Positions 10,576 to 25,700 are shown, counted from the stretch's first letter. The stretch: DNA of 64,000 bases from Azolla caroliniana (GCA_043228905.1 JBHGNT010000005.1:14880001-14944000), one strand, 5' to 3'. A program made the numbers and translations. The notes: a model not told the origin generated them from the sequence alone.

Positions 10576-13500
10576 TCAACTAGTGCTCAATCTTGGAACA
10601 TCAGGAGGATTTCGTGAGGAGGTTTGGCGCCTCGGAACCCCAATCTCACAAGCATTCACCTTTGAGGCAAACCTCAGAGAGCATAACGATTCGTGTAGAG
10701 ACTTTGAGTCAGGGGCAATATTCACAAACATGAGGGTCTTTGAGTCCCCTCCCAAGCAAGGCTGAAGAAAGAATAAATCCCAAAAAATGGTCAGGATAAA
10801 CCAGAAACACATCATTGCAAGATGCCATTAACAAGATGGTACAAGTCAACATTATTCTAGACACTAACCTGAAGGAGGTATGTTAGCTTTGAATTTCTAT
10901 ATGGCACATGCTGTTCCTTGTTTGCAATCGCCAATATTACATCACCTAAGCTAGATAAGCTCTTGTTAATAGCCTGTCCAAATTTCAAAAAGTCCCACAT
11001 AATTAGGCACCTTTAGAGAGACGCTACAATGCAAACACTAGTACTGAACCTGAGTCTCTTTCAACCGCTCTCCTGTAGCACCACTTCGAGACAGCCTCTC
11101 ACTTCCAGCAAGATCCACTAAATTCAGCACTCCATGAACTTGTTGTTCTGTGCTCTGTAGGGAGTTTGCAATTATGATTATGTTCCCTAACCATACCTAT
11201 ATGTATAGGGAGGAGAGGTCTAAGACATAACATACCTCATTGACTCCTGAGATTCGTAAAGTGAAAACACAATGACTCCTAGATGACTGTTCGTTCATTG
11301 CAGTCTTTCCAATAGTCCTAGAATGACGCAACACATCATCAAACTAGTATATCAATCATGAAGCAATATCTCATCATACAAGTAGTATATAAGTCATGAT
11401 GATGCTTTCTCAACAAGCATGGGAAACCTCAAATGCATGGAGAAACTTATCGTCTAACCTGCTTTGAGCTGCCTGACGTAAGAGAGTTGAAACTTCCTTC
11501 CAGTTTGAGACCTCTACAAGAGTCAAATCGGCAATGTATGTATTGCCTAGAGGATCATGCTTAATGTTTTGAAGCTTCGCCACATCTGTCTTTTGTGCAT
11601 CAGGTTTAGATACGACTAGAAGGTCCCTAATGGTTTCATTATAGATTTCGAGCATGGAAGCCTGCCACAAGCCAATCGTTGATATCAGAAATATAGGGCA
11701 TTGAACAACAACAGAGACTCGGGTCAAATAAAGAGAGAAGCATGCTCTATAAATACGTAACGGCCACTCAACCTGCATTTTGAACTTCCAGCCTTGACCT
11801 TCAAGGATTTGACTTGACTTGAAAATCTGCTCCAAGGATCTTGGTATGAGACCCTTATGTTCTGGTTGTTCTGGTTGTCCTAGCATAGTATATGTTTTAC
11901 CTGAACCGGTTTGTCCATATGCAAAGATGCAAACCTACACGTTTCATTTGTTAGAGTCACAACATAAACCTTACATATGCACCTGAAAACTTTTACAGTG
12001 ACCATGAAGAAACCTAGGTACCTTATAGCCATCCAACGCACTTTGCACAAGCTGAGAGATCTCCTCAAACACATTTCCTTGTGTGACCTCAGGTCCAAAA
12101 ACTTTGTCAAATGAAAATGCATACTTTTGTCCTGCATTTCAACTTCATTAGCATAGAACCAGATGCTTTGTAGAAAGAGTTGATCAATGGATCATTTACC
12201 GTCTGTTTGTACAAGCTCAATACCCCGACCAACTAACTCCCCAAATTGTGGATATTCTACAACTGATTGAGCTTGTTCACTATCTTCATCCTCCACAAGT
12301 AGAGGTCTAACCCGACAAAATACTCTAACATTTCCTTTCAGTTCCTACAAGTACATATCAAATAGAACCATTCACAATATTAGATAAAATTAGTAAAGTA
12401 AACGAAATGTCCATAAAAATTCTTTAGTTCGTCTATACAAGATAAATGCAACACTGCATCCTAATGCTTCTTCAATACTTGTCCAAAGCTCAAGGCTGTT
12501 TCTTAAAAGTCAGATCAAGAAAAAGTTTGTTCACTTAAGAGACCATGTTAAGGCATTCAAAAGCAAGAAATTTCTGGACTTACTTGAAAGCTTTTATGCA
12601 GCACTATGAAGTCCTAAAGCCCACAAAATTCATGGGACTCTTAATAACAAACACCATACTATGTACATTTCCATGCTAAAAGGAGCTGAAGCCAGAATTC
12701 AGTCAGCTGGTACATATATGTAATGTTGGTACCAGCTTTGAACTTACACACAGTACATAACATGCAATACAAACATGAAGAAAAAGGTGACCACCATAAT
12801 CTTACCTGGATTATATTATGGAGTTTACGTCGCATAATCTCTCCTTCATTGAGGCGCTGTTCTGCTTCAGAAAGCCTCAACTGCAGCTCAGCTATTTTAC
12901 CAGCTTGATCAGCATCAGACTTCTTGTGCAAGTCAATGGAGAGTTCAAGAGCCTGCAACATTTTCAGAATACCAAGATAAATTAGTTCATTACAATATTG
13001 AGCAAGCAAATAAAGCTCTAGCAATAAACAAATCGTATAACCTGAGATTTCATTTTTGCAGCATCAAGCTGCTGAAGAAGACTTTTAATTTGTTCTTTCT
13101 GATGGCTATGGCTTTCCTGAAATAGACATTATTTTAGGTTCAAAATTTTTAAAAGGAGTTAAAATTTGAATAAGGAACAGATATATATCGTGCATACCTC
13201 TAAAGCAATAGCTTTACTAGTCACCGATTCAAGTTCAGATGCAGATTTCCCAGTAAAATCTCTGAATCTATTATTCTCTTCTATCAAACAATTTATTCGA
13301 ACTTGGTATTTATGTTTTTCATCATTTGACTGCTCAAGCTCAATTCGAATCCGCTCCAGTTCTTTGCTTATCACAATCTTTTGCCTACTTTCCTCTTCAA
13401 GTGCAAGCTGCATACAAAAGATACAATTCATTGTGCAAACATAGCATTGACTCTCTCTTTTAAACTTGAAACTTCTAATGCACTGCTTTCTGCTTTTATT

Positions 13501-15849
13501 CTTTGACATATAAAATATGCATACTTATTAGTATGTTGCCAATCATAGGCATCCTCCTTTAAACATTGATTATAATTTTAAAAACCAAAAACATTAATTA
13601 AGTATGCTATGGATTTACTTACAAGCAACTGTAATGCAGCCAATCACACAAGCCATCGAGAAGCAACTATGGTGCATCACATAATAACCATATGGATATT
13701 TTTCATCATTCACTTCTGGTTAGCTTTCCAAACACAAGCAATTAAATGCATCCATCCAATCGTGCACATACCATGTGATCATTCAAACTTTGTTATCATT
13801 CTTTACTTCAGTATACAGATGAAGACATGTCAAACCTTTGTTGTATCAAGCTGTGTTTGCAGAGCAGCATTGCTGCCACGAATCGAACCCAGAGTCTCCA
13901 GAATTGTCAGCTTTTCCCGCTGAGTTTTAGCACTTTCTTGTGCTGCTGACGATGCATCATTTTGAAGTTTGCTATTATAGTCCTGCAAACTTGTGTTGTA
14001 TTCTGATAATCTCTTGTTAATGTCTTGCAAGCTTTTGACCTATGACATGAACCAAGGACTATGTGACTAAACAATCAGCAGATACTAACCAATATACAGA
14101 GCTTCTAAACACATTAGAAAGACCTGAAATTTTTCATAATCAAACAATTAAGAAGAGATCAATCACCTTGTCTTCAACAGTTTTTAGATCTATCTTCAAC
14201 TTTTCCAACTCTCCAGCAAGCTTCTTGCACTCCTTGTTAGATGCCTCAAGTGACTCAATATCTTTCTCGTGTGCCAATAAACATTCCTGTATTTATAATG
14301 AGAATCATAAGATCCAAATTAATTGCATCGGGAGGTTTGAACATGGAAGAAAAATAAAGAGTTTTTTACCTGCTTTTCCTCCTCAGCTTTAACCAGCTTC
14401 TCCTCAAGGGCCTTGCATGTTTCCTGCACTTCTGATAGATCCTTTGATAGTTGCTCATGAGTTTCCTTCATTGACAACGCTACAAAGCAAAACACAGCAA
14501 AAATTCACAGGACATATGTTTAGAAAATGATAAAGAGCCATTTAAGTTTCTTAAGAATCGATAAACCTACCAAAAGATTCATGGTTCATTTTTTCTTCAT
14601 TCAGATGATCTCGAAGTTCTTGAATTTGGCGAAGATAAGCTGCTTCAACTTGTATGAAGTGACGAACACAAGCTCGGAGCTGCTTTATATGCTCTGTCAT
14701 TTGTTCGTTTTTTCCCTGGAAAAGAAAATAGCTACACGTTCATGTTAATGAATCACAGCATAGGAAAAAGCTTACAATCTACGACTATTAAATTCACTGA
14801 AAATTTTAAAACCTTGCACTGTTAATACTATCCAAATCACTGCAGAGGAAAAACCTTACAATGTTAAAACTTATCAAAATCACTGCAGAGGATCACAATG
14901 CTAAATCTTATCACAATCACGGAAAATAGAAACTTTACAATACATCCTAAGCATCACAGCAAAGCAAAAACAATACAAAAGGAAAATCCTATCAAAATCA
15001 CTGCAAACATTCTTCTAATACAGTGTACTATAAGAATTTAACATTGTGACTTTCAATGTTAAATCCTCTAATAAACATAATTTTTGCTTAATCACAAGCC
15101 TTCACATTAAACAGAAGAAAAAAAGTACGCACTAACCCAGGCAAATCTATGTTTTTCAAAGAATCACATACCTTCAAATCAAATTTAGTTTTTCCAAGAA
15201 TCTTGGTGCTGAGAAGAGCTTCGACTTGCTCACTGGACATCTTTCCTTCTTCCCAGTCTTTAATTAAATTGGCTTGATTTTCTTCTTGCTGAGATATGCA
15301 AGAATCCGCTTGTCCGTTCGATGGGCACAAGACCTCATTAGATTGTGAAGGATTATTCTCACCTTCCACTCCATTGACTATAACTTTTCTCTTCTTCTCA
15401 GTCGCAGCAGAGGAAGGCACGACGGTTTGATTTTCCTTCTAGAACCAAAATCAAAGAAAGAAAGAAAGAAATAACATCATCAGAGTCTTCCAATTCCGAT
15501 CAGCTAAACATGAGATAAAATGGCATAGAAGACGCAGATATCTTCGACGTTGAGAGAAGAACAGAGAAACGTAGTTCATTCCGAAAAAGAAACGTAGAAA
15601 GGTCCCCATTTCCAATGTTTTCATTTCGGAAGCATTCCGCGTGGAAACGGTTCCGTTCCCATCTAGAGGAAAAAGCATTTGTTCTCATCTCTGTTCAGAG
15701 ATTCTTAGGGTCTTCTTTACTCTGAAAGAAAAGAAAGAAAAGAAAAGACAGAGAGAGGGAGGGAGAGAGAAGGTCTGTTCAGACCTTACCTGGCGTGTTA
15801 CTCGACGAGTATCTTTCTCGACGCGTTGAAGAGTGGACGATCTCTTCAT
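10576..15849 (-). CDS. KIN14C: Kinesin-14 (C-terminal motor, ATK1/KatA/KIN14C type), 17 exons
   Basis: Exons approx. 15849-15790, 15438-15172, 14715-14571, 14479-14370, 14286-14167, 14039-13836, 13407-13198, 13116-13042, 12952-12806, 12344-12199, 12133-12023, 11934-11773, 11662-11459, 11317-11236, 11155-11050, 10973-10870, 10761-10576, with GT-AG introns. Coiled-coil stalk, neck [23 protein letters not shown]-loop [33 protein letters not shown]. Exact paralog uncertain. Confidence 0.92.
14780..15060. repeat. Short degenerate repeats (about 40-45 bp) in kinesin intron 2
   Basis: AAATCACTGCA(GAGGA)...ACAATG-type units at about 14834, 14877, 14913 and 14996. Confidence 0.55.
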
Positions 15850-18588
15850 GGCGGAAACAGAAGCAGAGAAAAAAGCTCTGCAGAATTACGAGGGCTCAGA
15901 GAGAGAGAGTTTGCGATGGAAAGCTTTGTTTGAGGCTTCTGAGGGAGGGGAAGGCAATGGGAATAGGGAAAAGGGCGGGAAAATACATATAATTCTTATT
16001 TATTATTACTACTACTACAGTCTACTACATATGTATGTATGTATGTATGTATGAACGTATGAGTTCAAACTTCAAACCACCCAAAAAAACAACTAATCAA
16101 CTCCAATATGTACGTATTATATGTTATGTATGTATCTACGTTGTCACGAAGTTTCGCATGTACATACATATGTATGTGTTACTGAGGCAGGCGGGACCAC
16201 CGAGGTTTAGGGGTGGCTGGAGAACACGAGCGTACGTATGTAAGTAGTATGTGAGAAAATCCAATTCGAACTTCTCACCTCCTCCTCCTCTAAGTCTCGA
16301 CAAGACTCGATTCATTCTTTCGATATCCCATCAATGACGACTAAATCAATCAACCCGACGTCGAAAGCCATACAAGTCTTCTCCCTAGTAATTGGCTCGC
16401 CAACTTGAGGTTGTCTTTAGCACATTGTGAGATTTTGAGACACTTTAATTGTGTTCACGTGCAACAATTGTAGAGAATTATTGGGGCAAAAGTAAGACAG
16501 CCTTACACCATGAGATTTGAACTTGTGACGTTGCATCCTTTTCTTTTGTTGGAGACGTGTTAGCTTTCTCTTCTCCTTCAAAACATGGCAATTAAGGAAT
16601 CTAGTTATATTCATATGCAATCAAGTTGTGGAAAAATAGTGCTTGCTTACATCTTGTATGCAAAGAGTGAACTTATTGTGGATGGTCATAGTCTTCCTAC
16701 TAACGTATTGAGGCATTTGTAAGGTACTCGAAGAAGAGACACTTGACTTAGGAATATTTACTTAATTTGGATAGAATTGAGTTATTCAAAAGTAACGATA
16801 CTCATGTCTTATAACTAGAAGTTGGACTAATCCCCATCGATGATAGTCTTACATCAAGATTGAAATGTATATGGTCTTTAATCTCGACACACAATTAGTG
16901 TAGTTGATGTTTGTAATTCAAATCAAGATGGCAATTATTCTTCACATGAAATGATGTTAATAATGTAGACCATTCACATAAACATGAAGAATAGCCTTCA
17001 TATTTCTTTCCCTCACGTTCCTACACTAAATCAACCTCCTACTGCTAGTTATATCAACTTTGGTTCTTAGTCACGACACAAGCTAATTTGCGATTTCTTG
17101 GTTATATTTGGCATTCGAAGTTGGTCCATCGTGGATATCGTTTTGATACTTTCCTCTCACCGTTCTTGTGTCTTTGTCATCGATCCCCTTAAATTAGATT
17201 TACTTGCACTACCATCACATGAATGGGTCCATCAAAACATGGTGAATTTTACTTTTTATTCTTCTTTCTTATTGGTTACTATTATTATGTAGATTTTCAT
17301 CTTTCACTCACATTTGTATCACACACTCCTATTAATGCCCTAACCAATGTTATAAACAATTTATGACAAAGTAATTAATTATGCAAATGACTCAGGTATT
17401 GAAAGATTAATAGACAACATCAATTACTAGTGACAAACTATCTATTCCAACAAATGCAAGGTGACGATTAAACACAAAACATCAAAGATAAAGATTGTAC
17501 ACACATTGACCCAAAAATACCTAAGTCTCATGCGTTCATGTCATTTTCATTTTATATATCACAAGATCCATAGAATGCAAGAATTCAGCTAAATTAGGAA
17601 TTTATTGTGCAGTTTCCAACAAATTCAACACAGTTATAACTTATAACTTATAACATACATCAATATCATGATTGCTTTCTCGATCTGGACAAAAAGGAAT
17701 ATTGGAAACTGTATCCATTTGTTTTCTTTTAATGATTAAATAACTATCTTCTATAATTTCGAGGTTTAAAGCACATTGAAAAAATCATTGCTATCTTGAT
17801 ATTCAAAAGATGGACACTATAAAAGATAACAAGCACTCATATAGACAAAAAGAAAAGAATTAGTTTAACAACATTCAATTCCGTACAAATACGAACACAT
17901 CAAGGCTTCATTTTCATAAAATTCTAATACAACACAAAATGATTCAGCTTCCTAGCACTAGTCAACTTCCCCCTACTTGTTTTATAAGCCTTGGTAATAT
18001 GATTATTTGAGTAAGTCATACTTGAATGGCTACTTATTAGATTTTAACATTTATATGGATCTCTTCTACCTGTGTCTAATGAACAATGCATTACATTACT
18101 GAAGTAGAATGTAAACATCATTCAAAAGTTTTTCTACATCTTAGAAATAGTTACATACAGATTCTGAAGATTACCTAATTTGCATTGTCAGAGAGTCATG
18201 GAAAAAAAAAGCAATACAAGTCATTCAAGAATCTGAACACCACCATAAACCCACACGAATGCTCAATTTCTTCCACAAAACCTTTTAGTGTTCAAAAGAG
18301 AGGAGCAAATGAGAGCATAAGATGCAAACACGGTTCTACGAATATGATACTCACTCAAGATTGGCTGGGTGTTCAAAAAAAGAGAAGCAAATTAGAGCAT
18401 ATGGTACAATTAAGTGTTATACGAATATGATATTGACTCAAGACTAGCTCCAATAGAATGTCAAAGTTTTTCGACTACTAAAAGTTTAAACTGTACTAGG
18501 AAGATAAAATGATGCAAAATTTCCATTACATAGGTGCACAAAACGATATAATGCAAGTTTATTTACTTGCATGTTGAGTAGTATTTTG

Positions 18589-21500
18589 TTATTTTTTAAC
18601 TCCGAAGGCCCTTTTTGCAGAGTCCAAAGTATTAGACAAAAGCATGGCAATTGTCATGGGTCCAACACCCCCAGGAACAGGTGTAATAGCAGAGGCCTTC
18701 AAAGAGGCCTCTTCAAAACAAACGTCACCAACAAGCCTATAACCTTTCTTTGAAGAAGGATCCTGTATTAAACAACCAAATCAAATAAAAATATACTCAG
18801 CAATTAACCAAAATACCCTATGAGCATTTATCAGAATACCTGAAACTTACCACACCACTCTGAAGTTAAAACTTTTACACTATTAAAGGCGTATATTGAT
18901 TAGTTTTGAAAACTTCAGGATATTTTGGTGTTTTGCCCAAATATATTTGTCCATACAATGTGAAACCAACCTCGATTGCATTTGTACCGACATCAATTAT
19001 AACTGCCCCAGGCTTGATCCAATCTCCACGGACCAAGTGTGCCACACCGACGGCCGCAATGATGATATCTGCTCTCTTTGTGAACTCAGCTGGATTCGGT
19101 GTTTTTGAATGTACAACTGTTACAGTTGCTTGATGCCTCTGCCATTTTGAGCACATCCACATTAACATTAATACCATTGGATATTTACATAAACTAGGGG
19201 AAAACAGTTGAACCACATTCGTATCAAATCATCCACCCAACTAATCACCGACAAGCTCTGGAGCCTCAATGAATTAATAAGGCCTCAAATGTCCCATATA
19301 ACTATGGAGTGAAGCGACAAACCCTCTAATGATTGTGGAGAACACTAGATGAAACTTCTAAAAACTAAGAAGAGAGTCTACATAGCTCAATCTTTATATC
19401 ATAGTTAAATAATAATAAAAACTAGGTATATGTTCAAAAGTTCAAACAGGTATAGAATATTTCAATGGGGTATAGTATAGCGCTTGGTGTCATGGACTTT
19501 TAATTCATGGGAGGTAGTATGTGCAAGCTATGGTCGACAGGAGTTCATCCCTTAGACCTATTGAAGGTCTAAGGTCTAAGGTACTCCATTAATGTAACCT
19601 TCTGGGCACCAGAAGCAATTAGCGGAAGCATGAAGAGAAGGGAGACTGATAGGATATCCAGACCTTTACATAGCAATTAACCCTAGGTCCATGTCCAGAC
19701 TCCAAACCTGACGAACCATGCAGATGTTCACACCTAAGCTTGTATTCCTCACAAGTTCCAGCAATACAATAAGGCCCCAAAAAATAGTTGAAGACAAAGT
19801 TTAACTTGATAAAATGTGCCTTCATGATGGACATATCAAAAACCTGAAAGCAACACAGATGCATTCTCCATCAACTGCAATGGTTTCCCATAAATTTCTC
19901 ATTATTGAATATAGATGATTTATTAAATTGAACAATACTCTTCCACATGCCATGAGAAAATCTCTTGCACACTTCTTGGGACTGTTAAACATTTTGAGAA
20001 TACAAAATGCATGTGCATTTTGTCAATTTCTTACTAGGACAAAATTCCAGCAATTTAGTGTGCGCGACCACATTTCATGCATTGTTGAGCCAATCCTAGA
20101 CTCCAATTATGAGTACAGCAATTACTTTCAAATAGCAATGAAGATAGTTGGTTATAATAATTCAGCACAATCTCAGAAGTTGGTGGCAACACGAGATCTG
20201 GACAAAGCGGATAAAGCCACAAGGGAAGAGCAGAAAGAAGATGAAAATAAAACCAGAAAGGAAACTTAGACAAATTTAATATTATAATAGAGGCATTAAA
20301 AACTCGAGTTCCAGTACCACGAAGGATTCAGTTGATGACAAAGTAAGATAATTAAGCAAAAAAATTTGAAAGGAGACGACAAAGAACAGCAGAATTTGTG
20401 GGAATGCAGCAGAATGACACAACAGGAGAGAAAGCTCTCAACTATGGATGGCTTATAAGAACCTGAGAGCCGGAAACGAATAGCGAATGACAGGAAAGCA
20501 AGTTGGCAGATCCAAATGCAGATGTACAATTGATGAGGTTCTATTTATAGAGCCAACCTCACATATTTACACAACTCCTTAAAAAGATTTTCCTCGAGTT
20601 TTCTAAGAATATGATGGGGAAGGATTTATAGGTCATGACCTGTCATCAGAGCATCAATGAAGCTGCTAACAAGCCTTGACTTAATTACAAACATATACAT
20701 ATGTATTTCCACATACCTGAAGAAGCATTGCGGCTGGAGTTCCTACTATATTACTTCGACCAATAACAACTGCATGCTTGCCTTTTATCTCCACACCTGA
20801 CCTGAGCAAGAGTTCTATACACCCTTTCGGAGTACAAGCCACAAATAGAGGATTTCTTCCTTGCATGGCCAACTTCCCAATGTTCAAAGGATGAAACCCA
20901 TCCACATCTTTCTCCACACTAATGGCTCCCAATATCCTCTCTTCATTCATATGCTGCACTCCAAACAAATTTATATTACAAAAACAGATTAACTTTCATT
21001 TGGAGACAACCCAAGCTTATTATTTTGATTCTGATGTTCAACACTGACGGCGCATCCATTCATTCAACCCAAGTTTATTCTCTTTTCATTCATTCTCCAA
21101 ACAAATCAAAACAAACTAGAATCTGAAAACAATTCAATTCCGTTCTTTCGCATTCAGTTAAAATGTGTTCATCCAAACACACTTCAAACAAGTCATCGTA
21201 AAACAAATGAAAGCTTCTTCATCTTGAAACAACCTCTTGAAACAACCTTATTCGATTCTTTTCATTCAGAAACAAGGTACCTACCTTGGGAAGTGAAAGG
21301 TGCATTTCCAACAACTAGCTATAAAATACACAGAACTTTCATCAAGAAACTATCTAATTGTGCACTTTGTCATTCAGACTAAAGATCCCATCTTAGCAAG
21401 TAGAATATGCACTCCAGAAAACTTATCATAAAACAAACAAACTTCCTTCCTTAATAAAAAAACAACTAAATTCTATTCACTTTCATTCAGATACAACGTG

Positions 21501-22775
21501 CTCTCCTAAAGAAGTTAAACTGCACATCAAACAACGGATATCACAAAACTATCAAATTTCCTATAGAAACAACCTTATTCTACTCCTTTTTCGTTCAACT
21601 TGAAGATGAGGTGTCCATCTTAGGAAACGGAAAATGAGATACACAAAAAACTCATCATAAAACACATAATCTTTCAGATGGAAACAACCAATTCTGTTTT
21701 TTCACTCACATAGAATGTGCCCAACTTAGGAACTGAAAGGCACATTCCCATTAAACTATCCATAACAGAAAAACAAATTTTCAGCTGCAAATGTCCCAAT
21801 TTTAAACTAGTTCATAGAGCTAAAAGGCTAGGAGCCCAACTTAGGACGTGGAACCAAACAACAATTCATAAGACATATTAGAGCCTGAGAAAACACTAAA
21901 ATACCGCAAGATTTACTGGTACTACCAACATAGTGGCGAAGAACAAGGGGTATTGCAGTAACATTTTTAGAACAATAGGTCTTTAGATAAATAAGTTTGG
22001 GGCATTTTTGGTTATCTTGAAGAAATGAGTTCTGTTCCTCATTCATACGGATAAAACAGCAAAAGTTTCGATACCTTCGGAAGCGGAAGCTGAACAAGAA
22101 TACCATGGACCAAGGGGTCTTCATTAAATGCTCGAACATGCCACAAAACTTCATCTTCAGATGAATCCTCGGGTAGATTCACGCCGAATGAGGTTATACC
22201 CACTTCATCACAAGCCTTCTTCTTGCTCCGCACATAAACTTCGGAGTCTTTACGAGCACCCACAAGAACCACTGCCAAGCCGGGCACCTTTCCAGTTTCA
22301 CACTTGAGCTTCGAAATGTCTGCCATTATCTCTTTTCTAATGTTCTGCGCGATGGCCTTCCCATCAATGATAGCAGCTTTTTGCATAGGCTTGGATCCTA
22401 AAAACGGGGAAAATAACTGCATGGTGAGGGAGGAGACCCGAAATAACCCCTAAACTTGAGAAAAAACAATACAGGAAGAAGTGAAATGTGCGTATGGGTG
22501 CCGCTGTCTGCATGCATGCATGTATGTATATACGGTCGCAGGTATTTATGTACGAATGGATGTAACGGAATACCTCCTTCTTTGAGGACGGAGTGGATAG
22601 GTTGAGAGAAGCATGTACGGCCATGGCGAGCTGGTAATTGTATGTTCCACTTCCTTTTTACCGAGGAGACGACGAGAGAGAAGAAGGTTTGTCTGTTGGA
22701 GCGCTGTGTGAGGAGGGGCTGGGGACGATCTGCAGTGAGAGGGGTTAGGGCCCTAAACACGACTGCTTCGCTCAT
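18589..22775 (-). CDS. FOLD: Bifunctional methylenetetrahydrofolate dehydrogenase/cyclohydrolase FolD with N-terminal transit-peptide-like exon (367 aa)
   Basis: Exons 22775-22574, 22397-22075, 20953-20717, 19138-18971, 18762-18589, with consistent phases (1104 bp). Motifs [76 protein letters not shown]. Confidence 0.95.
21000..21800. repeat. Diverged about 110-bp tandem repeat in FolD intron 2
   Basis: AAACAACC/T..TTC...TTTCATTCAG motif at about 21126, 21241, 21347, 21461, 21567 and 21682. Confidence 0.6.
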
Positions 22776-25700
22776 CTGCGTATCTGAGAAGAACCAACCG
22801 TCCGTCTTTAGGGTTTCTGGGGGCTACCTACTCCACACTCTTCTGTTCTGTTCTGTTCTGTTCTCTACTCCCTCAACATGAGCTGCAGTGCAGCAGGATA
22901 CAGACATACATTTTTCTGCCGCGTTACACACACAGGCACAGCCAGCGCCGGAGCCGGAGCCGGAGCCGGATCCGAGCCGGTCTGTCTGGGACGGGATGGA
23001 TGAAAGGGAATCACTCCCATGCCCAAATGACATGACATGACATATACATACATACATACATACATACATACATACATGTACACATGTGCTGGACGGATGG
23101 ATGCACGATCCATCCCCAAATGTGATGACAAGCTACTCTTTGCTTTTTTGACATTGGACCTCTCTCTTCACCATGTCTATTCTGTTGTTGGCCGCCTTAC
23201 TTACTACGTTTTGTATTTGCCCACGATGCATTGCTACTATTACGAGGGAATTTCTAGTTCCGCAATGACCGTTTGGTAATTAATTCCCACCCCATGTCCA
23301 CATAGTCACCACCCAAAACTTCTCTTGCCCACACAATCAATCGTGCATTATGTCATGTATCCTGATGAGCGAGAATTTTATTTCCCTACCAATTGATCAA
23401 ATTCGAGCATATGGAATATTTGTGTTTAGAATAGCCATATCACGCAATCCAATGCATTATACATTCAAACTATTAAATGATTTTCCAATTATGTCTATTT
23501 GGTAATCTTCTAATATTTGTGTCCTTATTACACATGTACCATTCTAATACATATTGTATTGAAATAGAGGACATGCAACATATTCTTGCCTTTCTCAAGG
23601 TAGATTTAGTTGTCCATCTAGATGCTTACAATATGGCGTAATTCCATGACAACTTTCTTTTGGAGATTCTTTATTGTTTTCATGAACGTGTATCGATGCT
23701 TTCTCTTCATTTGCAACCCCTTGAGATTGTGATCAATGAGATAATTTATTAATCCAAGTAGAGACTTTTCAAAAGTACATGTCAATGAAGTCTAATAGTG
23801 TTGGATATTTCATATTTGAAAAGAGATTTAAGATGTCTATGTGCTTTGTCCTCACTCTTTATGAACTCAAACTCTAGGAATTCTATAAACCTCATGCATA
23901 CTAGGGAACACATACGTCGTTGTTGTCACTTTAACCCATGCCAATGTGTTATAATTTTGTCATTGTTTTGATTTCCAACATGGCATATTAGGGATTGTTG
24001 AGAATCAACCTCAACCTAACCTTGTGTGTGAACACACCCTTTGAGAATCTATGAGCACTCAAAGGTCAAAAGTCACACCACTACTCTCTACACATTAATT
24101 ATGTGTCATAGAATCATATTCTATAACACACAACTAATGAGTTTCATATTCCCCATGACTAATGAGTCTTCACATTCCCCAAGAGAGAGTGGTTGTTATA
24201 GTTAGTTAATGAAGAGAGAGGGTGACTATATATAAAGCACCCTTCTCCTACTTTATATAGTGTCGATTGTCCTCCCTTGTAATCATACATTTGTAATTGG
24301 TATTCTCCTTGTTAATACACCTTTTCCTTGAGTACTTCATTTTTTTATCATCTATCTATCTTTATTTCCTTTATTTCCTCTCACACATACACATAACACA
24401 CATCTCTTCTGCTACACAGAATCATGTCTGATTCTTTACATGGTATTAGAGCGATTTGGTAGCTCGATCTAGCCCATCCGAGTATGTTGTGCTTTACGTT
24501 GACGTTCAAGAAGAACCGGCTCATTGCGATCGTAGTGTCCTTACATAGCTCGTGTTCAAAAGAGAAGGAAAAGAAGAAGGAAAACTTCATTGATATGAAA
24601 GTTAACGTGCGGAAGCGTTAGACAAACCGGCTTGACCGGATAGCAACAAAAAATGAGAAAAGGTTTAATGGAAAACTTAACAAAGAGAATACGCGTGGAA
24701 GACAGAAAGAGAGAGAGAGAATACGCGTGGAAAACTACTAGGCTTCCGGTTCGCACTCGAATTCGGCTCTCCAATTTGTCTCCCCGATCCGGCCGGTTGT
24801 TTTCGGATACTGATCCGGCTCATCCTTCTGGATGCCGATCTGGCTCTGGCTTATTTAGTCGATTTGGATCCGGTTGAGCTTGCTTGCTCAACACTCCCCC
24901 TCAAGCTCAACTTGAGGTTGGATCGTGGTGTTGGTGTCTGTTGCAGCCGGTCCTTCCACCCGGCTCCTTCTGACATCATTCCGCCTTGCTCGCGCTCCTC
25001 GTCTAGTCCAATCCTATTTGCCGCGACCCTTCTAGTTCTGCGCACCTCGACCTCCTAGGTCGACTTGTCTGCTCAATAGGCCCATTTTAGCTCCCTCGCT
25101 ACTGCGACTTTGTTGAAGCGAATCGGTTGTCTCCGATTTGTTCCCACTCTTGTCCGAGTCAGTGTTCTCCAACTCGTCTTCCAGTTTTAGGCCCTTCACC
25201 ACATCAGACCATGTTCGGTCTTGGCCTTCTCCTTCCGGTCGGCTCTATCCTTCTTGACTCTGTCGCCGCTGCCGCTTGTTCCGACTTGTTCGGATATGCC
25301 GACTTCCTTCGTCGACTCGACTTCCATTTTCCTCTTGTCTCCCCCTTTGTTGGTTCTTCCCTTTCCGGTTCCTTGTCCGGTGCCGTCACCATTTTCTTTG
25401 CCTTTGCCCGTTCTCCCCCTCAAGTGCGGCACGTCGAGATGTTGAACACCAAGCATTTCGGTGAAGTGCTGCAACTTGTCTGATCTGAGTGGTTTGGTGA
25501 AGATGTCGGCAACCTACCGATCTGTCTGAACATACCGAAGTTAGACTTCACCGCTCAGGACCCGCTCATGCACGAAGTGATAATGCACTTCTATGTGCTT
25601 TGTTCGAGCATGGAATACGGGGTTCTTGGAGAGTTGTATGTTGCTTATGTTGTCGCAGTAGATCAGGATCAGGGTCGGCACCTCGATCCGGAGATCTCGC

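Noticed and set aside
16260-17350. Possible degenerate TE or gene between kinesin and FolD
   Set aside because: No termini, TSD or translatable motif found by eye.
18589-22775. FolD as a bacterial horizontal transfer
   Set aside because: It has four spliceosomal introns and a transit-peptide-like exon; FolD is a normal plant nuclear gene.
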